Virus genome (UHGV): UHGV-0233651
Source: a virus
Length of the DNA: 40,980 bases
Strand: one strand, 5' to 3'
Within the stretch, counting starts at the first letter, position 1. Every line of letters starts with the position of its first letter. Shown one piece after another: positions 19,221 through 27,390 of the stretch. Position numbers and translations under genes: made by a program. A model generated the notes under the pieces. That model was not told the origin of the DNA, made no database searches, and was given only the letters and a program-made list of their open reading frames with translations.

Positions 19221-19547
19221 CTATTCTTTTTCGTAGTTTATTACATAAGAACCAGTAATATTTTGAACTTTGGTAACTTTTACGATTATGTGGTCACCTT
19301 TTTTTACTTTTGGGTTTTCACTAGAAATAAAATTCAAATGTTCTCCAGCCCAGATAGTGTAACCTAATGTTCCGTCAGGAATGAATTTGTCAACCTTAAC
19401 ATCAACGGTCTTTCCTTCGATATCTTTTCCATCATTAATAGCCGTTTCAGCTTCTTCAGTAGTATAATCAGCTTTCGTTTGACCACTACACCCCGTAATA
19501 ATGAATACTAGGGCTGCTAAAGTTAATAACCCAACAATCTTTTTCAA
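19221..19547 (-). CDS. lipoprotein (moron)
   Basis: Lipobox IITGC-S is present. The likely start is TTG at 19547, preceded by AAGAAGGGG. The ORF track extends it to 19631. Confidence 0.5.
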   Translation of the reverse strand: MKKIVGLLTLAALVFIITGCSGQTKADYTTEEAETAINDGKDIEGKTVDVKVDKFIPDGTLGYTIWAGEHLNFISSENPKVKKGDHIIVKVTKVQNITGSYVINYEKE

Positions 19548-19671
19548 AATTTCCCCTTCTTTCGTAAGAGTAGTTATTGTTATAGATATTGTATCATTAT
19601 TTAGAAAAAAATTGGAATCAAACATAAACAATAAAAAGAACTACATAGAAGTCTTTTGGCTCATTTTTGGC

Positions 19672-19717
19672 ACAATATAAAGAAAAAACCGCTAGGAATC
19701 AATATTCCTAACGGTTT
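19672..19717 (-). terminator. intrinsic terminator downstream of int (minus strand)
   Basis: AAACCGCTAGGAAT-caat-ATTCCTAACGGTTT forms a 13/14-bp stem and is followed on the minus strand by TTTTTTCTTT. Confidence 0.6.
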
Positions 19718-19801
19718 AAAAACATCACAGGAGAAATTATTCACTGTAAAAATAGGTGGAATCAGATAGAAAAAGCGTGATTGAATCAGGTTTCATTAAA
19801 A

Positions 19802-21010
19802 TCATACAGTATCAGCTTTTAAAATTTTTGGCACAAAATTTGGCTCAATCTTATTTCCAGTATCACTATTTTTATATGATTCAAAATGGTAAATGTTATC
19901 AATCGCTCGTGCGATTTTTGGACGATTTTTTCTTTTTAGTTCATCTAAAATATGCGAGTATACTTCTTGAGTAACCGAAGTGTCTTTATGACCAAGTCTC
20001 TCTGCAATCGAAATTAAGTCAATTCCCTGACTTAATAAAATAGATGCGTGTGTATGACGTAAACCGTGAAAGGTAATCGGTTGTTTAATTTCCAACTGTT
20101 TTTGCAACTTTTTTAATTCTTTATTCACGGCATTCGACGTGATCATTCCGTCTTTATAGTTGAAAAAAGCCAAGTTAAATTCATTATTGATTTTTAGTTT
20201 TTCAAACAAACTAAATTGCTCAGATTTGTATTTTCTTAGTAGACCATTTGTGCGATCATCAATGTCAATGATCCTATTCGAAGATGGATTCTTAGTAGGA
20301 GCAAAGCCTTGATTATGAATCCATGTCTTATTGATATCAATCAATTGATTCTCCAAGTCGATATCTTTCCAGGTTAGACCTTCAAGTTCTGAAAACCTAG
20401 CACCAGTTGCAGCGCCCATAATGATAAGATAAGGCGAAGTATATTTTGGATCGAGTCTTGCTTCACACTTATTAACTAACCTCTTTAATTCATCTAATTG
20501 CAGAAATTTTTCGCTGGCTTTCTTTGTTTTTACCTTTCCCTTAATAACAGGTTTCCTTGTTACATCGTTAAGAACAACCTTATTATCTAAAGCATCAAGC
20601 ATCATTGCACGAAAGTGTGTATGGAACCTTTTTGTTGTAGCCTTAGCATGTGTTTCGGCAAAATTATTGAGCATCTCTTGATAATCTTTTTTTGTCAGAT
20701 CGCTTAGCGAAGTCGTTGGTAGGTACTTTTTTATATTATTCAAAGTATCTCTGTAGCAACCGTAAGTTCTTTCCGAGACCTCATCTTTTTTATAGTTTTT
20801 CATCCAGGTTGCGAAGTAGTCAGAAACTAACATATTTTTCATATCAGGGTTATAACCTTTTCGGAGTTCAAGCTCCATCTCAGCTGCTTCGGTTTGGGCG
20901 TCACTTTTTGTGCGGAAACCGCCTTTTCTCAACTTTGCATACTTGCCATCTTTTTTCTTATAGGAAATCTCGTATTGCCATGTTTTACCGCGCTTTACAA
21001 AATTCGCCAC
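19802..21010 (-). CDS. int: tyrosine integrase
   Basis: The C-terminal motif HGLRHTHASILLSQG...LGHKDTSVTQEVYSH matches the R-H-R-Y catalytic region. The N-terminus is an arm-type DNA-binding domain. Confidence 0.9.
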   Translation of the reverse strand: MANFVKRGKTWQYEISYKKKDGKYAKLRKGGFRTKSDAQTEAAEMELELRKGYNPDMKNMLVSDYFATWMKNYKKDEVSERTYGCYRDTLNNIKKYLPTTSLSDLTKKDYQEMLNNFAETHAKATTKRFHTHFRAMMLDALDNKVVLNDVTRKPVIKGKVKTKKASEKFLQLDELKRLVNKCEARLDPKYTSPYLIIMGAATGARFSELEGLTWKDIDLENQLIDINKTWIHNQGFAPTKNPSSNRIIDIDDRTNGLLRKYKSEQFSLFEKLKINNEFNLAFFNYKDGMITSNAVNKELKKLQKQLEIKQPITFHGLRHTHASILLSQGIDLISIAERLGHKDTSVTQEVYSHILDELKRKNRPKIARAIDNIYHFESYKNSDTGNKIEPNFVPKILKADTV

Positions 21011-21077
21011 ATTGAATCAATCCTTTCATTTTGATACAATAGGCTTGCGAAAGGACCTATTGTATAGGTTTTATCTC

Positions 21078-21121
21078 AATACGATTCTGACTCTTGGAGG
21101 GGTGGGAATCGTATTTTTTTG
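21078..21121 (+). terminator. strong hairpin plus T-run between cI and int, oriented for the plus strand
   Basis: AATACGATTC-(18 nt)-GAATCGTATT forms a 10-bp perfect stem and is followed by TTTTTTTG. Confidence 0.45.
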
Positions 21122-21125
21122 TCTA

Positions 21126-21965
21126 TTAAACTTGAACTACATAAACAATTACTTTCCCGTAAACAACTAAGTTCTCAGCTTCCGAGTAACTAACTACAAT
21201 ATCAGTGAACGAAATATCATTTGAATCAGGCCTGAAGATTATTCTTTCATTCGTTTTGTCATTAATAAAACGTTTAACAGAAAACTCGTTATCATTACTA
21301 AAGACTACAATGTCATTATTTTCTAAATCATAGACAGAATCTATTTTTTTTACGGCGAGCATTGATTTGTTAGGGATTACATTATTCATAGATTCTCCAT
21401 TGATGGTTGTAAAAAAAATATCAGTACAACCAGCGTATTTACCCATCAACATATCAGGAATGGCAATTTGTTCAACGTGATCTTCATCAAATGCTTCGAC
21501 TGTAGAAGGAGCACCAGCAGAAATATTTGCATCAAAGTAATTATAATCATGTGCATCGTGATACAAAGCAGTGATTGAATTTCCTCTATCCGTGGTCATT
21601 GAAGATAGACCTATCCCCATAGAATTAGCTTTATCCGCTAACCTCACGAAATCATCACCTGTAATACCTTTTTTAGCCTCGTTTAACTCTTCAACAATTT
21701 CTTTTTTCAGATCAATGAAATCATAGTTTCTGGAATGTCTAGGATCAATGTCAGCTTTGTCTACATTAAAGGCTTTTGCGATCTTAGTTAAGTTTTCTTC
21801 TTTGATTGTTGATCTTTTTGCAAAATATCCTGAGAGAGTAGAAGTAGGTATTCCTGTGAGTTCTGAAATCTGTGCTTGAGTCATGCCCCTCGTAATGGTC
21901 TTCAAATTATTTGATATCTCATTTCTAAGTTGTTTTTCAAAACTACTGATTGGTGGTCTGCCCAT
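21126..21965 (-). CDS. cI: cI-like repressor with an XRE-type HTH and an S24 LexA-like autopeptidase domain
   Basis: The HTH is QAQISELTGIPTSTLSGY. The C-terminal GESM...VKK motif provides the Ser/Lys dyad. The gene is divergent from cro. Confidence 0.8.
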   Translation of the reverse strand: MGRPPISSFEKQLRNEISNNLKTITRGMTQAQISELTGIPTSTLSGYFAKRSTIKEENLTKIAKAFNVDKADIDPRHSRNYDFIDLKKEIVEELNEAKKGITGDDFVRLADKANSMGIGLSSMTTDRGNSITALYHDAHDYNYFDANISAGAPSTVEAFDEDHVEQIAIPDMLMGKYAGCTDIFFTTINGESMNNVIPNKSMLAVKKIDSVYDLENNDIVVFSNDNEFSVKRFINDKTNERIIFRPDSNDISFTDIVVSYSEAENLVVYGKVIVYVVQV

Positions 21966-22001
21966 GTTATTTGAAGCTCCTTTCTTATAATCGATAATTG
22001 A

Positions 22002-22030
22002 ATTTTAACGACTTTTCTCGTTTTTTTCAA
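22002..22030 (-). promoter_or_regulatory. repressor promoter on the minus strand
   Basis: TTGAAA is separated by 17 nt from TAAAAT when read on the minus strand. The spacer contains the operator-like palindrome AACGA-N6-TCGTT (22007..22022). Confidence 0.5.
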
Positions 22031-22082
22031 GAGAGATATTCTAAAATAACCTCGTTTTTTTAAGAAAATAACGGAAAAAATG

Positions 22083-22111
22083 TTGACTAAACGAGTTTAC
22101 TCGTTTATAGT
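22083..22111 (+). promoter_or_regulatory. early rightward promoter with overlapping operator
   Basis: TTGACT is separated by 17 nt from TATAGT. The spacer is the palindrome AAACGAGT-TT-ACTCGTTT (22089..22106). Confidence 0.65.
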
Positions 22112-22138
22112 TATCTTATCGAAAGGAGGAGTAAGCAA

Positions 22139-22384
22139 ATGAGTAAAAAAATTTCACTAGAGGCTGCACGTGTTTTAGTCGGGTTATCCCAGAGGGAAGC
22201 AGCTGAAAAGTTTGGTGTTCATCCGCAAACTGTAGCTAGTTGGGAGAATGATTCAAGTAAAGTAAAGCAGAAATATGTCCAAATGATTCCAGAAATTTAC
22301 TTAGTAAATCCAACAGATATTTTTTTTGGAACCAAAAACGAGTTTACTCGTTATTACGAAGAAAAACATGAAGAAACTATTTAA
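22139..22384 (+). CDS. cro: Cro-like HTH regulator
   Basis: The XRE-type HTH is LSQREAAEKFGVHPQTVASWE. RBS GGAGGAG is present. Confidence 0.7.
   Translation: MSKKISLEAARVLVGLSQREAAEKFGVHPQTVASWENDSSKVKQKYVQMIPEIYLVNPTDIFFGTKNEFTRYYEEKHEETI
22336..22352 (+). promoter_or_regulatory. second copy of the operator palindrome, inside the 3' end of cro
   Basis: AAACGAGTTTACTCGTT matches the operator at 22089..22106 at 17 of 18 positions. Confidence 0.4.
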
Positions 22385-22415
22385 ATAACTTCGTTTTGGT
22401 AAGGAGGGCCGAGAA

Positions 22416-22730
22416 ATGATGCAGTATTTGGAAGCTAAGATACCAATTCCAGAAGATTGTGTAATAATCGCAAGAATTGAATATGAGGAACTGAAAAAAG
22501 CAAATGATTTAGGAGACACAATGACGCTTGAAGAAGTCGCGGATCGCTTGAACAGATCTAAAAAATGGGTAGTAGATGAGGTCTTAAAAAATCCAAAATT
22601 TAAAAGACACCTAGACATTAGGCATGGAGGATTTGTCCATTACGAACAGGGCGGAGGAGACAAGTATATCTTTTTAAAATCAAAAACCTTAGATTTCATC
22701 GAAAATAATTTTTCGAAGTTACTAGGCTAA
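22416..22730 (+). CDS. hypothetical early protein (possible excisionase-like or DUF771-like DNA-binding protein)
   Basis: RBS AAGGAGGG is present. An HTH-like stretch MTLEEVADRLNRSKKWV is visible. Confidence 0.4.
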   Translation: MMQYLEAKIPIPEDCVIIARIEYEELKKANDLGDTMTLEEVADRLNRSKKWVVDEVLKNPKFKRHLDIRHGGFVHYEQGGGDKYIFLKSKTLDFIENNFSKLLG

Positions 22731-22743
22731 AGGAGGAAACAAA

Positions 22744-23475
22744 ATGAATCAACCGCAAATTATTGAATTGTACAATCAACGTTTATTAACGACAGAACAG
22801 TTAGCGGATTTTTACGAAGCAACACCGAAAAATATTCGCGACAATTTCCAAAACAATCGAGAGAAATTTATCGAAGGGAAACATTTTCATCGTTTAGAAG
22901 GTGCGGAGCTAAAGGCATTTAAGAACGACACCGAAAATATCGGTATCGTCGGAAATCGAGTGAACCAGCTCATCCTATACACCAAACAAGGCGCAAGCCG
23001 TCATTCGAAAATGTTAGGAACAGATCGAGCATGGGATATGTACGACGAACTGGAAGAAAACTATTTCAATCCTAAACAACAAGTTAAAATTCCAACTTCA
23101 CCAAGAGAACTGGCGTTACTAGCTTTATCCGCTGGCGAAGAAACAAATCAGCGAGTTGATGATATTGATGATCGATTAACAGATATCGAAGAAAACAAGT
23201 TAATCACGACTGAAGACAAAGGAACAGTAGATAGACATGTTCGGAAAAAAGTTTATCAAATCTGCAAAGAACAGCGATTTGGCCAAGATGCAAAAAGCAT
23301 GCTGTTCCAAGATTTAGGCTCAAGTATCAAGCGGCTGTTTCAAGTGCCTAACCGTGGCCGGATCAAAGACAAAGACTTTAGCCGCGTATTGGAATTTATT
23401 GATAATTGGCAACCATCATCTGTTACTAAAGAGCAGATCAAGCAGCTTGAATTTGATTTTGATGATGACCTGTAA
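22744..23475 (+). CDS. antirepressor (ORF6N N-terminal domain plus ORF6C-like C-terminal domain)
   Basis: The N-terminus QIIELYNQRLLTTEQLADFYEATPKNIRDNFQNNREKFIEGKHFHRLEG fits the ORF6N pattern. Confidence 0.65.
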   Translation: MNQPQIIELYNQRLLTTEQLADFYEATPKNIRDNFQNNREKFIEGKHFHRLEGAELKAFKNDTENIGIVGNRVNQLILYTKQGASRHSKMLGTDRAWDMYDELEENYFNPKQQVKIPTSPRELALLALSAGEETNQRVDDIDDRLTDIEENKLITTEDKGTVDRHVRKKVYQICKEQRFGQDAKSMLFQDLGSSIKRLFQVPNRGRIKDKDFSRVLEFIDNWQPSSVTKEQIKQLEFDFDDDL

Positions 23476-23501
23476 AACAAATTTTTAGGAGGCTGTAAAT
23501 T

Positions 23502-23747
23502 ATGCTCAAACTGGTGTGGGTACCGAAAGAATATAAAAACTTTTCTTTTAGAGAAATGGCGGAAGATGCCAAACGCATTTTAGAAGAGTGTAAGGATGCG
23601 GAAAGAAGAAACGCTCTTTTATACGCCGATCTAATGATTCTACAAAACAAAATAGCAAATTTAACGGAAGAAGAAGCACGGCATAACCTAGAAATTTTGA
23701 TTCCGTGGTTAGAAATGCAATTTCCGTCTTTGAAGGAAGGAGATTAA
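23502..23747 (+). CDS. hypothetical protein
   Basis: RBS TAGGAGG is present. Confidence 0.45.
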   Translation: MLKLVWVPKEYKNFSFREMAEDAKRILEECKDAERRNALLYADLMILQNKIANLTEEEARHNLEILIPWLEMQFPSLKEGD

Positions 23748-23749
23748 CG

Positions 23750-23932
23750 ATGAGACAAGATTTTGTGTATCACTTACCGGTAAGTATTGCGCAAAGAGTA
23801 TCTAATAAAAAGAGGAAACGCTCAATTTTAACAGGAGCGATTGTTGCTACTTTTGCACTTCGTTATTGGATTGTAGGTCTAGCTATTTTACTGTTATTAA
23901 CAATCGTTAATCTAGTACAACGCAGGAGGTGA
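23750..23932 (+). CDS. small membrane protein (60 aa, one TM)
   Basis: ATG 23750 follows GAAGGAGATTAACG, whereas the track start at 23705 overlaps the previous gene. Confidence 0.4.
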   Translation: MRQDFVYHLPVSIAQRVSNKKRKRSILTGAIVATFALRYWIVGLAILLLLTIVNLVQRRR

Positions 23933-23936
23933 TTTT

Positions 23937-24734
23937 ATGAAAATGTGGACTACGAAAGAACTTCAATATCTTAAAAAGAACGCGTTACTCGCTGAAACGA
24001 ATGAAGTTTTAAATGCTCCGGAGATGGCAAAAAAACTTAAACGATCACCAGCTGCTGTAAATAAAAAGATTTCCGATTTGCGAAAAAACGGAGATTTACC
24101 ACAGGTTGATCGTTCTAAGGCTTTTGATTCAAAAGGTCGTCCTTGGAATAGAGAAGAAGATAAAAAGCTCATGGCGATGAAGAAGCGTGGAGCAAGCCAT
24201 AAGGAAATCTCTGAGGCACTAGAAAGACCTGTTGATTCTATTAATAATCGTGCAAGCCGATTGTGCCGAAAGGGAAAAATCAAACCTAGACAAACTAATT
24301 GGACAAATGAGGAAAAACAAAAGCTGATTGATAATTTGTCGTTTGATGAAAATGGTTTTGTCAACAATTACTCTGAATTATCGCGTATTACGAGAAAGCG
24401 ATATGAACAAGTGCAAAATAAAGTTGCGGGGTTGAGAAGGAAAGGCCTCATTTTATCGCCCAAGCAAGGAACTACCAGTGTAAAAGCTAAAGAATCAATG
24501 ACTAGATTTAACGATGCTCGTTTTGCTCATGTTCCAAAGAAAAAGGAGGAGGTTCTAATGAATGGACCAGCTGTAAATCAACCAGATGTCTCTATTGAAT
24601 CGAAACAAGTTAGTTTGATTTTAACCACAGTTATTGTTAGCGGTCAGCGAACAGACCAATATTTCACTCAAGAAGGGGAATTGATTGCAACAAAAAAAGA
24701 ACCTACCTCGGCTGCAACCGAGATAAGCAAATAG
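23937..24734 (+). CDS. putative DNA-binding protein with three Myb/SANT-like repeats
   Basis: Three repeats are visible: W-T-T-K-E-L-Q-Y-L, R-P-W-N-R-E-E-D-K-K-L and T-N-W-T-N-E-E-K-Q-K-L. Confidence 0.45.
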   Translation: MKMWTTKELQYLKKNALLAETNEVLNAPEMAKKLKRSPAAVNKKISDLRKNGDLPQVDRSKAFDSKGRPWNREEDKKLMAMKKRGASHKEISEALERPVDSINNRASRLCRKGKIKPRQTNWTNEEKQKLIDNLSFDENGFVNNYSELSRITRKRYEQVQNKVAGLRRKGLILSPKQGTTSVKAKESMTRFNDARFAHVPKKKEEVLMNGPAVNQPDVSIESKQVSLILTTVIVSGQRTDQYFTQEGELIATKKEPTSAATEISK

Positions 24735-24765
24735 AAATGGAATACATCTAAGGAGAATATACCAC

Positions 24766-25140
24766 ATGAAGACAAATAATGAAAAGATCGAACAATATAT
24801 TGAAGAACTTCAACAGTTAGTTAATGGAACAAAAGCCGGATTGGTCGTGGCGTATACAAGTCCAGAGAGCGAAGGAGCAACGGAGGTTTTATCCGTTGGC
24901 GGTTCAATGAGTTTGGCTGCTAATTACCTAGCTATTCAAGATGCTCTCAGTAGGGATGCGGAGAGTTCAGAAGGATGTGATTGTGCGGGGTGTTCTGCTA
25001 TAAGAGCAATTTCAAAAGGCGAAATTAACTATAACGATTATGAAAAAAGCCAAGAAGAAAAACCGATGCACACTTTCGTGATTGAAACTCCAGAAGACTT
25101 CCAAAATGCTTTGGATAGAATTTTTAAGGGGGAAATCTGA
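24766..25140 (+). CDS. hypothetical protein
   Basis: RBS AAGGAGAA is present. Confidence 0.5.
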   Translation: MKTNNEKIEQYIEELQQLVNGTKAGLVVAYTSPESEGATEVLSVGGSMSLAANYLAIQDALSRDAESSEGCDCAGCSAIRAISKGEINYNDYEKSQEEKPMHTFVIETPEDFQNALDRIFKGEI

Positions 25141-27086
25141 TGACTGAGATTTTAATCAACAAGATTTTGTACAAGAATTTCAAAGGTCTTAAAAACTTCG
25201 AACTTGTATTGAATGGAACGTCTGCAGTTGTCAGCGGTCGAAACGGTTTGGGAAAGACGACTCTTGCGGATGGCTTGCAGTGGCTTTTCTTCGGTAAAGA
25301 CTCTACAGGAGCAAAGTTAAACCCAAAGCCGAGAGACAAACAGAATCAAGAGCTTTTAGGCTTAGAGCCCACGATTGAAGCTGAAATGATCGTTGACGGA
25401 AAAGTGACGGTTCTCAAACGAATCCAAGAGGAAAAATGGACCTCGAAAAAAGGCGAGCTTGAAAAGACTCGCAGTAGTGACAGCACAAGATACTTTATTG
25501 ATTCTGTTCCGATCAAAGAGAAGGACTGGAAATCATATCTTGAAAAATTAGGCGGCGAACCAACTCTGCAGATGCTTTCAAACTCGTCTTTTTTTATGTC
25601 GCTGAACTGGAAAGACCGGCGTGAGCGGTTGATCAGCCTTACAGATTTAACAGATGAACAGATTATCAAAGAAGATGATGAACTCAAAGAAATCAATGAG
25701 TTCATTGGTGATCACAGTATTGATGAAATGAAGAAAATCCTTAAGGGTCAGAAGTCAGATATTAAGGCTGATATTGATGGAATGCCAGCGCGTATTCAAG
25801 AAGTTACGGATATGAAAGCTCAACTTGGTTTGGTGGAGGATAAGGCAGCGCTGGAGAAAAGCATTGCTGATATGAATGCAATGATCACTGATAAGGAATC
25901 TTGGTTAGTAGATACCAAAACTGGAACAGTTAACCATGAGCTGAACGAACTGAAACAAAAACAAGCCGATCTTCGAGCAAAACTTGTAGACGAAAAGACG
26001 AAATTTCAAACGAATCTTTTTGCGGCAACGTCTAGCTTACAAGAGGACTTCAATAATCAACATGCCTTAGTCAATTCACTTCGTACGGAAGTATCTGCAC
26101 TGGAAGCCAAAGAGTACCGAATGCAGGAAGCGCTGAAAGAAAAGCGAGAGTTTCTGCAGGAGCATCTAGCTAAGTATAAAGAAATCAAAGCTGTAGATTT
26201 TGATGAACATCAAAAGACGTGTCCGACTTGTGGTCAAGAATTACCAGCGAATGAGATTGAAAAGATGGTTTCTGAATTTAACAAGAGCAAAGCAGATCGC
26301 TTAGAAAAAAATGTTGAAATTGGAAAAGCAACAAGACAAGATGCTAAAAAACTTGAAACTGAAATCACTGCTCTTCAAAAAGAGCTAAATGAAAAAAGGA
26401 CTGAGTTAAAAGCTTCTGAATCACGTTTGGATGAAATCAACAACGATCTAATTTTCCAGAAAAATAAACAAGGTGTTTTTGAAGAGTCTCAAGTTTATCG
26501 CGACATCATTGCAGAAAACACTCAACTAGAAACAGCGATGGAACGCGCAGCTAGTAAAGATAAAAATGCTGAAGTTGGCAAACTGTCTGCAGAAATTCAA
26601 GCAGATAAACAAATATTAGCCGGGTTAAATCAAGAACTGCAGAAATTCGACATGGTCAAAACATATGATGACCGTTTAGCTACGTTAAAGCAACAGGATA
26701 AAGATTTGAAGAATCAAAATCAAGTTGTAGAAAAACAACTATGGCTGATAGAAGAGTTCACTCGCCGTAAGGTTAAGCGTATCGAGGAATCAATCAACGA
26801 ACTGTTCTCAATCGTTAAATGGAAATTGTTTGATGTCCAAAAAAACGAAGGCATCAAAGAAATGTGCGAAGCCACTTATCAAGGAATCGAATATAGCAAC
26901 GGCTTAAATAACGGTGCACGGATCAATTGTGATCTTGATATCATCCGAACGCTGTCACGAGAGCTTGGAATTACGATGCCAGTCTTTGTTGACAATGCAG
27001 AGTCAGTTAACACACTGCAACCGATCGAAGGACAAATGATCGAACTGCAGGTAACAGAAGACGAAAGGTTGAAAGTAGAGGTTTAA
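25140..27086 (+). CDS. SbcC/Rad50-like AAA ATPase with a coiled coil and a zinc hook
   Basis: Walker A is GRNGLGKTT. A long coiled coil has a central CPTCG zinc-hook-like CxxC. A C-terminal D-loop/Walker-B-like VFVDNAES is present. Confidence 0.75.
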   Translation: MTEILINKILYKNFKGLKNFELVLNGTSAVVSGRNGLGKTTLADGLQWLFFGKDSTGAKLNPKPRDKQNQELLGLEPTIEAEMIVDGKVTVLKRIQEEKWTSKKGELEKTRSSDSTRYFIDSVPIKEKDWKSYLEKLGGEPTLQMLSNSSFFMSLNWKDRRERLISLTDLTDEQIIKEDDELKEINEFIGDHSIDEMKKILKGQKSDIKADIDGMPARIQEVTDMKAQLGLVEDKAALEKSIADMNAMITDKESWLVDTKTGTVNHELNELKQKQADLRAKLVDEKTKFQTNLFAATSSLQEDFNNQHALVNSLRTEVSALEAKEYRMQEALKEKREFLQEHLAKYKEIKAVDFDEHQKTCPTCGQELPANEIEKMVSEFNKSKADRLEKNVEIGKATRQDAKKLETEITALQKELNEKRTELKASESRLDEINNDLIFQKNKQGVFEESQVYRDIIAENTQLETAMERAASKDKNAEVGKLSAEIQADKQILAGLNQELQKFDMVKTYDDRLATLKQQDKDLKNQNQVVEKQLWLIEEFTRRKVKRIEESINELFSIVKWKLFDVQKNEGIKEMCEATYQGIEYSNGLNNGARINCDLDIIRTLSRELGITMPVFVDNAESVNTLQPIEGQMIELQVTEDERLKVEV

Positions 27087-27088
27087 AA

Positions 27089-27202
27089 ATGGAAATTATA
27101 GCTTACATGAAAGCTTGCCCTCAGTGTCAATATGACGCTTTAGAAACGGATTATAAATTTTGTCCGATATGTGGACTGAAAGTAGAGGAAACCGATGAGT
27201 GA
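27089..27202 (+). CDS. zinc-ribbon peptide (37 aa, CxxC...CxxC)
   Basis: CPQC...CPIC is present. RBS AGAGG is present. It is missing from the ORF track because it is shorter than 60 aa. Confidence 0.35.
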   Translation: MEIIAYMKACPQCQYDALETDYKFCPICGLKVEETDE

Positions 27203-27377
27203 AATATTTGTTTACGTGAAAGCCGAAGCAGGCAAGAAAATTTTTGTTGGATCGTTTGATGATATTTCGACAATAGAACGTGATGTTCTGTTCGCCTTAT
27301 CGAATAAGAACTTAACTCAGTATAAAAGCAAAGTTTTTATGCTGATTGGTACAGAAACTTATCAAGTAAAACTATAG
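27195..27377 (+). CDS. hypothetical protein (60 aa)
   Basis: RBS AGAGGAAA is present. Confidence 0.4.
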   Translation: MSEIFVYVKAEAGKKIFVGSFDDISTIERDVLFALSNKNLTQYKSKVFMLIGTETYQVKL

Positions 27378-27390
27378 GAGGATTTAGAGG

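Noticed and set aside
19632-19801. attP core next to the int 3' end; the repeated ATTTTTGGCACAA (around 19652 and 19823) was considered as arm-type sites
   Set aside because: The core cannot be defined without the bacterial attB or prophage junctions. The second copy lies inside the int coding sequence. It is left as a note only.
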